A stretch of DNA of 62,901 nucleotides, the filler included, from Hyphochytrium catenoides (Eukaryota > Protista > Hyphochytriomycota), in NCBI GenBank assembly GCA_900088475.1. It is 5 parts of 5 records of this genome, joined end to end, with 100 filler letters (N's around TTAATTAATTAA, not from the genome) between each part and the next. Parts side by side here need not be neighbours in the genome. Positions count along the whole stretch, not along the records: positions 3,790 to 14,000 come from FLMG01000407.1; positions 14,101 to 32,301 come from FLMG01003288.1; 3 more parts are not named here. One strand, 5' to 3'. A model generated the notes under the pieces. That model saw only the letters and a list, made by a program, of their open reading frames with translations. It did not search any database and had not been told where the DNA came from. Positions 10,501-20,298 of the stretch are shown here, one piece after another. Within the stretch, counting starts at the first letter, position 1. The number at the start of each line of letters is the position of its first letter. The translations under genes and the position numbers were made by a program.

Positions 10501-12683
10501 ATTGTGGGGATGTGAAGGTCTGCGATGCGTTGGTCACAGCCGAGCTTGTACCTCTCATCGTCAGGGATGCAGGAAATGATGAAGAAGACGTTACTCGGCA
10601 TGTACGCAGCCGGTAGAAAGTTCAGTTTCTTTCGGACTTGGCCTGCATCATCAAGCTGGTCAAGGCTGTCTAGCAAGAGATAAAGCGTCTTGCTCTTTGG
10701 AACTCTGTTGAGAAGCTGATGAAAGTATTCTACGAGTTCGTCATACTTGGCGGGGATAGGCTTCTTGTTGCTGCCGCCGCTGCTGCCAGACTGCTCCACA
10801 ACTCCTTTCTTTTTCGACCCAGACTCCAACAGAAACAGCAACTGGTGGCAGATGGACTTTATCAATTCATGCCCCGTCGCGCTGTACCTGCTTGTACCGC
10901 AGAACCGTAGGATGACCCAGGGATCATGAGGGCGGTCTATGGAGGCCAAGCTCGCACCCAGCTTGGCCATCAGCGCCGTTTTTCCGCAGCCAGAGCTGCC
11001 CAGCAGAGCAAGCACCCGGCAGGCAAGTGGCGTCTGTGCCGTTTTCCCTTGTGCAGGCTGTGCTTTACAACACTTCGAGCAGAGAGAAAACTGACAACGT
11101 TCACACAGAAGCCACATCTCCTCCTCCTTCTTCTTCTTCTTTTTCTTCGTCTTCTTCTTTGCTATCGCTCCGCATACATCACAGCGTCGAGTTGAGTCAA
11201 GGTGGCTGCTCGAGATGAGCGGGTGACAGTGTGAAGGAGGTACGATATACTCTTGCAGTGTGTCCTTTGTTTCCAGATGCTTCTTGACATGACTCATGGT
11301 AGCGTCTAGCAAATCGTAACGATGGAAGAAAGTCCGCTGCTTCTTCCTGGCCCATTCAAGGTGATGGAGGCATTCTCCCATGACGTCACCAGGCAGAGAG
11401 CTGTGCGCTGCGTTCTTACGCCAGTTCTCCATGACACTCTCAGCGTTGTCGATGTGCTTTTGAAGGCTTGTCAGGAGCACCTCACACATTTCAGCAAGGT
11501 AAGACTCGGAAGGCACAAAGCCATCCACCTCCAGCTTCTGACCCGTTTTGGCGTCCATCTTCGCGATCTTTGCCTGCGTTAGTGAGGTTGTGAGCTCAAC
11601 GACGTTGTCAACATTTGCCCTCAGTTCTGTGTGCAAGATGCCTCGCAGCAGCTCCCTTGCCGTTGTATCGACCTTGTCAGAGGAGAAATCGATAAAGTCC
11701 CGATAGCTCGGATTGCAGGACCACTGGTCAAGATCGGAGAATCTCCTATGTATCCACATCAGACGATCTCTTTCTCCAGACTGAACTGCAGCTGTGGTCT
11801 CCCAGTGTGTCACGCTTCTTCCAACATCCCAGTCCTGAATGCAAAGCTCAAGAAAGCTGCGACATGGCTCGCTCAGTGTGTTATACCGTGACTTCGCCTC
11901 TGGCGTGTCGAGACGCAGAAGTGTCCACTGTGGGGGCACGACATTCTCATCCTTGGCATAAAGTAGCTTCAGGTCCTCGAAGGACTTGATGTAAGCATCA
12001 GACTCACCAGATTTGGACTTTGAGGCAATGAGATGCCAGTGCTCCTCAGAGATAGTCCGAGGAAGCGCCCGCCAGCCATATTTTTCCGAGACAAGGCTGA
12101 CAAAGAAAGGCCCCATGGACAGGTCATAGCACTTCTGCAGCTCATCGCGACAAATGTCCCAAGTCAGGTGATCCGCGGACGCGGTGTCTTGGATGCCCCA
12201 ACGCAGCTCGACCATCTGCACGTTGATGCCCCTGCTCAGCCCATAATATCTAAGCTTCGGGGCCACGTTCGCAATGATTCTGTCTCTTTCCACAAAAGTG
12301 TCTGTGAATGTAGACGATAAGAAGATCCTTAAAACCCCAGACGGAGCTCGAAGAGTGAGGGCGGGCTTGCTCCACACGTCGACGTCACCAGAAAGAGCTT
12401 TGAGAGCGACGTTCTTGGTAAGATACTCACATGCTGGACCTGCTGTCTTGTCCTTCTTCCTCTGCAGTTTGGTCGTCTTTGGATCCTGTTCTTCTCCTCC
12501 TCCTTCTTCTGCTCGTGGCTCATAGTAATGAGACAGTCTGCCAAAGAAAAAGGGCTGTCCCTTTGGCTTGTAACCCTCCTGCTGTCTATTCGACTCCTTG
12601 ATCCCAGCAGGCGGCTGTCTGGAGGAAGAGGGAGGGCGACGACCCGGCGTACGATGATCAGCAGGTGCTGGGGCAATACTCAT
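7545..12683 (-). CDS. NWD1/NWD2/TEP1-like STAND NTPase: DUF4062 + Cys/His zinc finger + NACHT + 14 WD40 repeats
   Basis: 1712-aa uninterrupted ORF. DUF4062-type motifs IFLSSTFTD..ER, VELRWGI, ICRDELQKC, KYGWRALP. Walker A GSSGCGKT, Walker B LYLLLDSLDQL, NWD-type LRFCGTS, SPLFLRL, WYHRQLWE. I counted 14 GH...WD-type repeats. Confidence 0.93.
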   Translation of the reverse strand: MSIAPAPADHRTPGRRPPSSSRQPPAGIKESNRQQEGYKPKGQPFFFGRLSHYYEPRAEEGGGEEQDPKTTKLQRKKDKTAGPACEYLTKNVALKALSGDVDVWSKPALTLRAPSGVLRIFLSSTFTDTFVERDRIIANVAPKLRYYGLSRGINVQMVELRWGIQDTASADHLTWDICRDELQKCYDLSMGPFFVSLVSEKYGWRALPRTISEEHWHLIASKSKSGESDAYIKSFEDLKLLYAKDENVVPPQWTLLRLDTPEAKSRYNTLSEPCRSFLELCIQDWDVGRSVTHWETTAAVQSGERDRLMWIHRRFSDLDQWSCNPSYRDFIDFSSDKVDTTARELLRGILHTELRANVDNVVELTTSLTQAKIAKMDAKTGQKLEVDGFVPSESYLAEMCEVLLTSLQKHIDNAESVMENWRKNAAHSSLPGDVMGECLHHLEWARKKQRTFFHRYDLLDATMSHVKKHLETKDTLQEYIVPPSHCHPLISSSHLDSTRRCDVCGAIAKKKTKKKKKKKEEEMWLLCERCQFSLCSKCCKAQPAQGKTAQTPLACRVLALLGSSGCGKTALMAKLGASLASIDRPHDPWVILRFCGTSRYSATGHELIKSICHQLLFLLESGSKKKGVVEQSGSSGGSNKKPIPAKYDELVEYFHQLLNRVPKSKTLYLLLDSLDQLDDAGQVRKKLNFLPAAYMPSNVFFIISCIPDDERYKLGCDQRIADLHIPTIKVNRLSEEEGLSIFESLLEAEGHQIKNAGLLEAVRAAVKTSGSPLFLRLIVSIVKTFRSGDKVDDISFTHGIREAISFLLTGIETVMGEVLVSHALAYLTFSRFGVSEDELIDLLSLDEEVLRETFRYWDPPVRRMPQLPPLRLLRSLGDLIVTKGHGLLQWYHRQLWECAEDRYRHLELFTRESLASYFTQRRSSEPSIFTTRLIKAQPLLLMHGQPNRRRCHEGAYQLEQLVLATRQPKFAMELIQELCMLEAVEARAHMDDNELFEASRALGVLEELLPSMMDTAGDKDHGAVQRARQQTIVKHFAYWLRREGHLLKRSPAMVYASAMTQPRPESTVYQMASRLREQHIYPEKVWGEVLPPVQAFDACLAKYEGHSNKVEAVTFTPDGKKVVSGSMDHCLRVWDLRIGICEKTFEGHSSEVTSVAVTADGQYAISGSGDYTVRLWELQKGVCWKTLEGHTGRITGLSTFLDVSATTQEARVTKIISSSEDCTLRLWEAVSGTCEKIFRGHDSSVDCVAVTSDANRIVSGARDNELRVWNLRTGRLERTLDGHKHQVRCVAVTPDDRYAVSGSRFHLLRLWNLDSGVCERVFETDSGPASHTSSVVVLADGKRMISGSSDGVIFVWDMQTTACERVLEGHSSLVNSVAIAKRTHNGKQLAASGSCDNSIRLWELEAANLPGTASGGYRKADITCVAVTPDGKHVLSGSKDQTLSIWDSVAGVRVRILEGHTCYVFCLAVSADGGKIVSGSSDHTLRIWNFSTGVCEKILKGHSSWISSVGVTSNGSKVLSGSYDRTLRIWTPQTESSESFKVSDEVMSISVAVDDTFAVSASRDFTVRVWDLKQEGRSTCVRTIKESVGCVICLSPDGKKFIAPLHRNLPFDRTGIAVWNLQSEQCEKRYMVEDVMPDSGRITSLAISADGERVISGTSDHLVDVWELQGSGEGGWKERLVGHTNEVTSVALSAAGHLAVSASKDLVRVWHI

Positions 12684-13327
12684 CGCATTGCAGGCAGACT
12701 ACCCTTTCGTGAGAGCTCGTAGCTTTCGTTCCCCTAACAACGACGTCCTAGTAGTTCTCCTCAATGAATGACAAGAGCAAAAAGCCGCTTGGTGCGTGAT
12801 GATGCTCCTGGCAGGAATAGCGGCGGCGCAGCAGAAGAAGATAGAGCTTCTCACTATCATCACGAGTGGAACTGTTATTATCTGTCCGAGGTAGTTGATC
12901 CATCTTCTTGCTGCTGCTGGGAGTACCATGTGAAGACGAGGAGAAGAGCAAGAGGACACGGCGTCGTCATGATGGATGAGAAGGCGAAGCAGCCGCAGGA
13001 GGCGGGACAGCAGCGGCAGGACGGAGGCAGAAGAGCGAGACGAAGAATCCAACTCATCAGCTCATAAAACACAGAAGAACAAGGGAAAGGCCTCTCTGTA
13101 ATTTTTTATGGATAGAAATCATGTTTATTAGTTCTTTTTATGGTGCAAGGCAGAAAAGACAGAAGAAAGGTAGAAGAGAAGTAACAGCAAATCTATACTT
13201 TATTATTATTTTATCAGATGCAAAAATCCTGTCGGTTTTCCCAGGTGCTGCTTATGAGCAAGTGGAGCGTTTCATCATCGTTGACCTTACATATTCGCAT
13301 TTTCTTGGAGAAAAGGCGGAAGCACCT

Positions 13328-13511
13328 TAGTCCCCAAAATGTCAGAATCTGGCCTCCTAGGAACATTAACTATGGGCATTTTGGCCCCCATCCCTGGGCC
13401 CCCAAATCGACGATATATACGCCTTCGGCCTACGCATCCTTGACCACCTCGAGACTACAGATGTCATAGATAATACCCTGAACACGCAGACTCTGTCTAT
13501 TTTGGGGACTA
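13328..13511. mobile_element. MITE-like element, 184 bp, with about 24-bp imperfect terminal inverted repeats
   Basis: Left end TAGTCCCCAAAAT-GTCAGAATCTG (13328-13351); reverse complement of right end (13487-13511) is TAGTCCCCAAAATAGACAGAGTCTG. Confidence 0.6.
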
Positions 13512-13897
13512 TCTCACTTGGTACCTTAATTTTAGATTCGTGATTCAGACCGACCGACTCAATTGGTGGATTTACGCCCAGGCAGGCAACTTTTTTATAA
13601 GCCTAAGCTAATGTTAGGGAGACAGCTGTGCCACCCGACCCTATTAGCGTCTGGATGTCACCTCAAGCGTAACAAAATAAGCCATAGTTATTATTAGGCC
13701 ATCCATAATAACTACAATGTACAATTGTGTTGCCCCCAATTCTTCAATTAACTATTGGTCAAAACGTTACCAAACCTATTACCGCCAACGACAAGCCTAG
13801 CACTATCAAATCAGAACTATGGCTTGACAAGGATAGACGTTACCGTCCCGAGCAGTAGAATAGATACGACGTACTTGAACGAACAAGTACTTGGGAG

Positions 13898-14000
13898 CAG
13901 GGGTGGGCAAATATTTAATTTTAACTCCAATTTAATTTTAATTTCCATAATTTAAGGAAGTTAATTGGAAATTACGGCGAACGCTGACGAACTCTAACTC
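13898..14000 (+). mobile_element. Possible hAT-type DNA transposon terminus, cut by linker
   Basis: CAGGGGTGGGCAAA resembles hAT TIRs and is followed by AT-rich TTAATT subterminal motifs; only one end is visible. Confidence 0.3.
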
Positions 14001-14100
14001 NNNNNNNNNNNNNNNNNNNNNNNNNNNNNNNNNNNNNNNNNNNNTTAATTAATTAANNNNNNNNNNNNNNNNNNNNNNNNNNNNNNNNNNNNNNNNNNNN
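14001..14100. other. Artificial contig linker
   Basis: N44-TTAATTAATTAA-N44. Confidence 0.95.
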
Positions 14101-16150
14101 TCTTTCTCTTTCTTTCTCTCTCTCTTTCTTTCTCTCTCTCTCTCTCTCTCTCTCCCTCCTCCTCCTTTTGCCTATCGATCCGAGAGAAGACTCTAAGGGA
14201 CTTGTTGGTTTTTTGCAGGCCTTCTCTTTTCTCTATTCGGTTCGTTTCCTCTGCGCATTGCCCCGTTATATGCCATGGCGCAAGTCAACTCCTTCCTTCT
14301 ACAGTCAATAATGACTCTAACTTCAGAACACCTCTCTTCAGAACTACTACTATCTTCAGGAGCCAGATCATTGTGTTGCCCGGCGGCGGTGATCTATGCT
14401 GCATAATAATATCTCTGATGATGATGGGTGAGGACTAGAAGCATCCTTTCTACATCGCAACTCTTTCTCTGTCGTTACAAGTGTTATCGTCGTCCAGTGC
14501 CAGCCTTACTACTGCTATTAGATGCGCACCATAGAGACGATCGATAAGCACGAGCAAAAAAGGGCAATAAAACAGTAGTGAAGCACCTCTGTCATCTGAG
14601 AACTTTCAATGGCGTGAGGTGGCTTAGTTTAAGGGCATCATCTGGCAATGGCAGATCGCGAAGATGGGACAGTGAGAGAAGAGAACAGGGAAACAAAGAG
14701 AGAGCGTCATTAGCCTGACAAAGAGCATGAAGACAGAACAAAGAGAGAGAAAGAAGAAGTACACACAGAGGAGAGAGGGCACAACGCGGTCTAGTGTGAC
14801 GACGAACGGAAAAGACCGCGTATAAGTATATCCCTGGGTGAGAAAGAGAGAGACAGAAGAAGGAGAGAGAGAGAGAAAGAGAGATTCTTTTGGTTCCCTA
14901 CTACCGAAGAAGTGTCAGGATGCCTATACTTCTACCTGCAGAAGAACCAAAGTAGTGGGAAAGACAGATGCGATTCCCGACTTCCCGCTACTGTTACATA
15001 CTCCTTGTCCCTAAAAATATGCCACCAGACGCTCAGCTTCGAACATCAGAAATGCTCCCAGACCCAAAATTGCTCCCTCTTCGCAGTACTGCTTCCTCTT
15101 TGGCAATTCTTTATAAGAAAACTTTGAATGCATGTATAAAGGGGAAAAGGCTCATCAAAGTCCAATAAGGACGGCGGATGGCCAAGCAACGCGATGGCCG
15201 CTTCCACTATCTTGCGATATGAGAGAGACCGATCGAGAAGAGAATAGGAAAGGGGAGAGAGAGAGAGAGAGACAGAGTGAGAAGAGGAGATTAGAAAGGG
15301 AGAGAGAGAGGGAGAGAGAGAAAAAGAAAAAGAGAAGAGAAGAGGGCGACAACAAGAGAGAGAAAAGAAAAAGAGAAGAGAAGAGGGCGACAAAAAGAGA
15401 GAATAACAGAGAGACGGACAGACACACCAAGTAACTCATATAGGAACAAGAGGAGTGTCTTACTCCCATCTCCTTTCCTTTTGCCTTCCTTCAGATGACG
15501 ATGGCATGGTGCATTTCAGCGTTCAAAGAAGCAGAATAGAGCAAAGGACTCGAGAGAAAGAGAGAAGAGGTTAAGCTTCCTTTCGCCCTGAACAGGCAGT
15601 AGGAGTCCCTCTCCATTTGGCTTCTTTCCCACCACCTACCCGTGCATCGAACTCATAAAGTCTCTCCCGCCCCATCCTCTGCAAACCAGCAGGAAGTTGC
15701 TGAAGAGCCTAAAAAAGGTCCTACCTTTCTGCTGCAAGCGAGAACAAAGAAAATGAGCAGTCCGCCATTTGGCCTCTGGTTCTCTTTGTTCCTCTCTCTC
15801 TCTCTCTCTCTCTNNNNNNNNNNNNNNNNNNNNNNNNNNNNNNNNNNNNNNNNNTTTCTTTCTTTCTTTCTCTCTCTCTCTCTCGTCGTGATCCACCAAG
15901 TAATGAGGCGCAGTCATTGCGTTCTCTGGGTTGTCTATCATCATCAGCTTCTTGAGTATGGCAGGATAGAAATGAAGAGGGCATTCCTTGGACGATACAG
16001 AGTAGCGTTAATGTTCATTCTATATATAGAACTGTTCTCCTCTGAAGAAGAAGTAATAAGACTGGTCAAGAGAGACAGAGAGATGATGCAGTAGAGATGA
16101 TGGCACACATGGTATGAAGCGTACAAGAATAAAAGTACAAGGAGGGCTAT

Positions 16151-18424
16151 CTACTTCACTCTCTTCAGAAGAGCTGTGCTGCCGCCGGGCCCTGAGGAAG
16201 AGATATACAGCTCGTTTCCTTGACATTTGTAAGAGGCAGAGGAGCTTGTCATGAGCTCGTTTACCATCTCACTGAAGTCCTCTGTTTGAGGAGGAAAGCC
16301 TCCGCCCAGCGTGTAAGTGGCCACCGCTTGGAAGTCTGAGGCCTTTGGCTGGACAACAAGGGTGCCAGGAGGTGAGGAAGAGGAGAGCGTCCCTGAGGTC
16401 CCTCCTCCCAGAGAGATCTCTATTCTGTCGATCACGTCCAATGTCAGGGAAAGATGGAAGCTGTTTGCTCTGAGGTCGTAGCTTCCACTCGCGCTGATTG
16501 TCAGAGAAACCGTGCCAGACACCACGGAAGAAAGAACCTTCACCGCTCCTCCTTTCCCTAGTAGTTCTTCATACCGCTCAAGAAAAAACTCGTTGTCCAT
16601 CAGCCAGGAACCAGCAAGGCAGCCATCTACCTTCCCGCCCCCTCCTTCCCCGCCTCCTCCTCCTGAAGAGCTATCTGCACCACATTCTTCTTTCGATCTA
16701 GCTTCATACTGCACCCGAAAGGTGGTGACTATGGCCTCCAAGCTATAAGGCGTGGTAGTTACCAGGACATCAAACATCGCCACCGAGTCCACATCATTGC
16801 CACAGGGCGTCTCTATGACCAGACCCTCTACCGCCGTGACGTCCACCCAACTCTGCTCAGGTCGCCGGGCGTTCTTGAAAGAGACCAAGGTGAAAGGGTT
16901 CAGCAGCGGATGGAAGTGGTACTTCCCACCAGCTGGAAGCTTGAGAGTCTTCACCGTGAAAGCGTAGGGCGTGCATTCGATGAATAAACTTTGAGAGGAG
17001 GGAGAAAGTTCAATAGTGTCTTTCCCCGGCGGAGCAGGGAGAGGCACGGGCACCCCAGTCTTATCCCATATTTTCTTGTCATAATAGTCCCGGCCAAACT
17101 GATGGAATATCCAGGACATTCGAGGGTAGTCTGAGATGGCTTTGAGAATCTCTGGCGCCGTAGATGGACGCGGCATACTTCTTAGAAAGCCCACGACAGC
17201 CGCTTCTCCGCTTGGCCACAAGTTATGAAGCTCTTGGAAGAAGAGCGTTGTAGAGTACCGATTCTGTCTTGGGAGGGGTAGGGCAGGATTATACGCTGTA
17301 GAGTAACCAAACTCGACGTTGATCTCTGGGTAGACAACGCTGGAGAAGAAGGTAGCGCTGCCCTCTATCACCCACCAGTCCGAGTATTCCGCTGTGTTGT
17401 CGGTAGGATAGAGGTCATTGGCATACTGGAAGCAATGGAAAAGCTCATGTGCCATGTACTGGCGAAATAGCCTATGTGAACCTCCCTGGCCTGCCAGAGA
17501 CGAATAGAAGCTCTCCTGAGCTGTGACAAAGATCTGGACTCGACAAGCTTCAGAAGATGAGGAACCAGGATGGAACATAAAGGCATCGGCGACAGTATTG
17601 GGACCTGGAGAAGGGCCGTCCATCAGAACTATATAGATCTTAGGCATCGAGCCATAGCGTCCATATATTGGAGGGGCCGCCTGCAAGGCATGCGTCACTT
17701 CCTCGAGCAAGTAGCCGTAGAAAGAAGGCTCGCTCCAATTGTCAGCATAGCGAAAGAATCGGTCCATCCCTGCCTGGGGCGGCGCGGAGGAAGTGGATCC
17801 TGGAAAGATCTCCACGCAATTCAAGGGCTTCATGCCGCTGTTTGGCCACAACTGACTGCAGTCCATTCTATTTTGCGCCTCCGCTGGCGCACCAGCATCA
17901 TTACTTGCTCGTCCCACGATGCTTGTGGAGAAAGGTCCTGATTGCGTTACTTTGGCGAGTTGTTCTTCCTGAAAGAGGCTATCGCTGGACGAATGGCGTG
18001 AAGGAAAAGAGAGACCAGGAACTCCTCCTGTGTCCCACTCCAGCCCTCTCATCCGCCGTCGTCTCTGCGCACTGAGCGATGAGGAAGCCTTCTGCTCTTC
18101 AACTCCTACATAAGAAGGAGGAAGACAGATCCAAATAAATTCGTTCTGTCGCGTGCATATCTCTCCCTTGTAATGGCAGCTTGTCATGGGTTCATCCAGC
18201 CCCACATCACCATCAGAGGAGAAGCTCTTGCCTCCGCATTTGCTAGGTGGTAAATGCGGGAAGGGTGTAGGAGACGAGGAAGGGTCAACATCTAGTCCCT
18301 GAACAGGATGTCCTTGTTGGGAGCGGAGGTCTGCTATTGGATCGGCTGTTATTGTCTGGCTGCAGAGTGATAAAACCGAGAAGAGGCAGAAGACCGTGAG
18401 ACGAAGCTTATCCGACGGGCTCAT
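16151..18424 (-). CDS. Secreted zinc metallopeptidase-like protein (HEXXH...E) with N-terminal CBM1-like module
   Basis: Intronless ORF, first ATG at 18424. Signal-peptide-like MSPSDKLRLTVFCLFSVLSLCSQTITA. CBM1-like CGGKSF...C...GEICTRQNEFIWICLP. Polybasic RRRRMR. AHELFHCFQ followed by WWVIEGSATF. Gly linker, then C-terminal domain starting GCLAGSW. Confidence 0.8.
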   Translation of the reverse strand: MSPSDKLRLTVFCLFSVLSLCSQTITADPIADLRSQQGHPVQGLDVDPSSSPTPFPHLPPSKCGGKSFSSDGDVGLDEPMTSCHYKGEICTRQNEFIWICLPPSYVGVEEQKASSSLSAQRRRRMRGLEWDTGGVPGLSFPSRHSSSDSLFQEEQLAKVTQSGPFSTSIVGRASNDAGAPAEAQNRMDCSQLWPNSGMKPLNCVEIFPGSTSSAPPQAGMDRFFRYADNWSEPSFYGYLLEEVTHALQAAPPIYGRYGSMPKIYIVLMDGPSPGPNTVADAFMFHPGSSSSEACRVQIFVTAQESFYSSLAGQGGSHRLFRQYMAHELFHCFQYANDLYPTDNTAEYSDWWVIEGSATFFSSVVYPEINVEFGYSTAYNPALPLPRQNRYSTTLFFQELHNLWPSGEAAVVGFLRSMPRPSTAPEILKAISDYPRMSWIFHQFGRDYYDKKIWDKTGVPVPLPAPPGKDTIELSPSSQSLFIECTPYAFTVKTLKLPAGGKYHFHPLLNPFTLVSFKNARRPEQSWVDVTAVEGLVIETPCGNDVDSVAMFDVLVTTTPYSLEAIVTTFRVQYEARSKEECGADSSSGGGGGEGGGGKVDGCLAGSWLMDNEFFLERYEELLGKGGAVKVLSSVVSGTVSLTISASGSYDLRANSFHLSLTLDVIDRIEISLGGGTSGTLSSSSPPGTLVVQPKASDFQAVATYTLGGGFPPQTEDFSEMVNELMTSSSASYKCQGNELYISSSGPGGSTALLKRVK

Positions 18425-19181
18425 TATGCGAACACTTATATCAGTGTCATGGACCTCTACCCAGGAGCTCAATCAGAATGTAGCTTTCTGGTCACCGATG
18501 GCCAGGGTCTTTTGTAGTGGTGGACAAGGTAGAAAAGGAAAATTGACGAAGATAGCGCCAACGCTGAGAAGGAGCAGACACAGCTGAAGGGTAATCAGCC
18601 AGTCGTTGTGGGGCAAGGAATGGCGATTCTTTTGGCTCACTATGCACTTGAAGATCATTGCTTCTCAGCGTCTGCCATCATCTCCAAAGAGCGGGGCCGA
18701 GCCTTGGAAGAGCTTGCATATCTTTTTGTGGACATACAGACACGTTTCATTGGCTGGAGAGAGATTTGAAAGGGGGACTAAGATGTCTTTCATTGGCTAG
18801 ATGTTTCTTGAAGTTAAACTTTCATCCAATGACCTGTAAGGATTTGTGACAAATTGGCGGTCGGACTAAAGATCTAGAACTTACACTGGCCAATGGTAGG
18901 CTTGTCGACAGCCCTGAAGAGGAAACCCATAGTTCTGATTGGTTAGGGGCCGCTAACCCCCCCAGTCTCTTCACGGACTAAGCAGTCCAGCAAAAGAATG
19001 GTGAGTACTACACCCACATCACCCACCGGTTGAGAAGTTACTCACCTCGAAAGCCAATGCCCTTGCTTTTATAGACAACAATATCTTTGTTCCTCCTATC
19101 CAAGCTCTTGAATGATGTCTAGTAGATAATAATGGATATTGTGATGATGTGTTGAAGGTCTGGAATGTCCAAGCTGCAGTG

Positions 19182-19350
19182 GCTCTTGGAGCTCCTCTTG
19201 CAAGCCCATGGATGCATGCCATAACATGTCCAAGCTCTGCAATGGGTGCCCAACAAGCAAGCTCTTGGATGCCCCTCTTGCAGGCCCTATGTGTGCCTGT
19301 GTTATACAATATATACTAGCTAAGCTCTTGGATGTCCCTCCTGCAAGCCC
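19182..19350. repeat. Three imperfect copies of a 26-27-bp repeat (GCTCTTGGATGYCCCTCYTGCARGCCC-like) with unrelated spacers
   Basis: Copies at about 19182, 19261 and 19324. Confidence 0.7.
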
Positions 19351-19381
19351 ATACCAATGTTGTATGACGTCCCTGCAGCAT

Positions 19382-19585
19382 ATGGCGTCACTGCAGCAAA
19401 AGCAGAGTGACTACTGATGCTAGCTTGGATGTGACCAAGAAGAAAGAGCTGAGGCTGACTTTCGTCTCTCGGCTGGCCTCCATGGCGTCACTGCTGCAGA
19501 AGCAGAGTGGCTACCGATACTACCTTGGACGTGACCAGAGAAAGAGGCTGAGCGAGGCTGACTTTCGTCTCTCAGCTGGCCTCCA
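19382..19585. repeat. Tandem duplication of about 100 bp
   Basis: ATGGCGTCACTGC...GAGGCTGACTTTCGTCTCTC(G/A)GCTGGCCTCC at 19382-19481 and 19482-19585. Confidence 0.85.
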
Positions 19586-20298
19586 TTGCTATACCACTGA
19601 CCTTGCTCTTTCTTGTTTATTATTGATGGTTGGACGAGAGACAATAATACATGGTATTCATCATCCTCATCATCACCAATCCGCTACTGATGTCACCTGC
19701 TGGAAGGAAGCGGAAGGGTCACTGACGTTGCTCTTGATATTGATGCAAATGGACCGGGATATTTGTCGATCGCCTCTCTCACTCTCTCTCAATTTAAAGC
19801 GTCTACCGTCGTGGGAAGTGTCCTTGCTGCTAAATAGAAACAATAGCCTTCCAGGGCTTGTGGTTTGAACATCCAGGTGGCGAATTTGAGCAGAGAAGAA
19901 CTCTTCTCTGCCTCCAGTAGCGCCTGGAACCTCCAGGTGGCGAATGTGACGTTCATGTGAGCAGAGAAGACGCGCGAGAAAAGAGGAGAGAATGGTTTGC
20001 ATAGACAAGTTTCCCTTCTAGGGACTATGAGTTTCCTTCTGCCCACCCAGATGACGTGACAGAGCATGCAGATGAAGATAAGCCTCTGACTGGGGGAATC
20101 AAACTGGCGCTTGACATCACTAGCGTGGGAGTTCTCCTTCGCCCCCTGGCTGGGTCAAGCGGGAGGAGGCTCTTGGCCCCCAGAGAGTAGGTCGTCATAG
20201 CATTGGGTTGTGTGTGCGCTAAGCGTAGTTTGAGAGCCTCCTGCCTGCTTGGGCCCTACCATTCTAGCCACCGTGTCTTCCGTCTGAACGGGTTGATA

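Noticed and set aside
7551-12722. Antisense ORFs overlapping NWD, and likewise those over the peptidase, GT71, HELLS and Hsp70
   Set aside because: Shadow ORFs of real coding strands
14200-16100. Minus-strand exon-like fragments with hydrophobic peptides
   Set aside because: Stops and frameshifts; no consistent model or recognisable family
19182-19350. CRISPR array
   Set aside because: Only three degenerate repeats, unequal spacers, eukaryotic context and no cas genes
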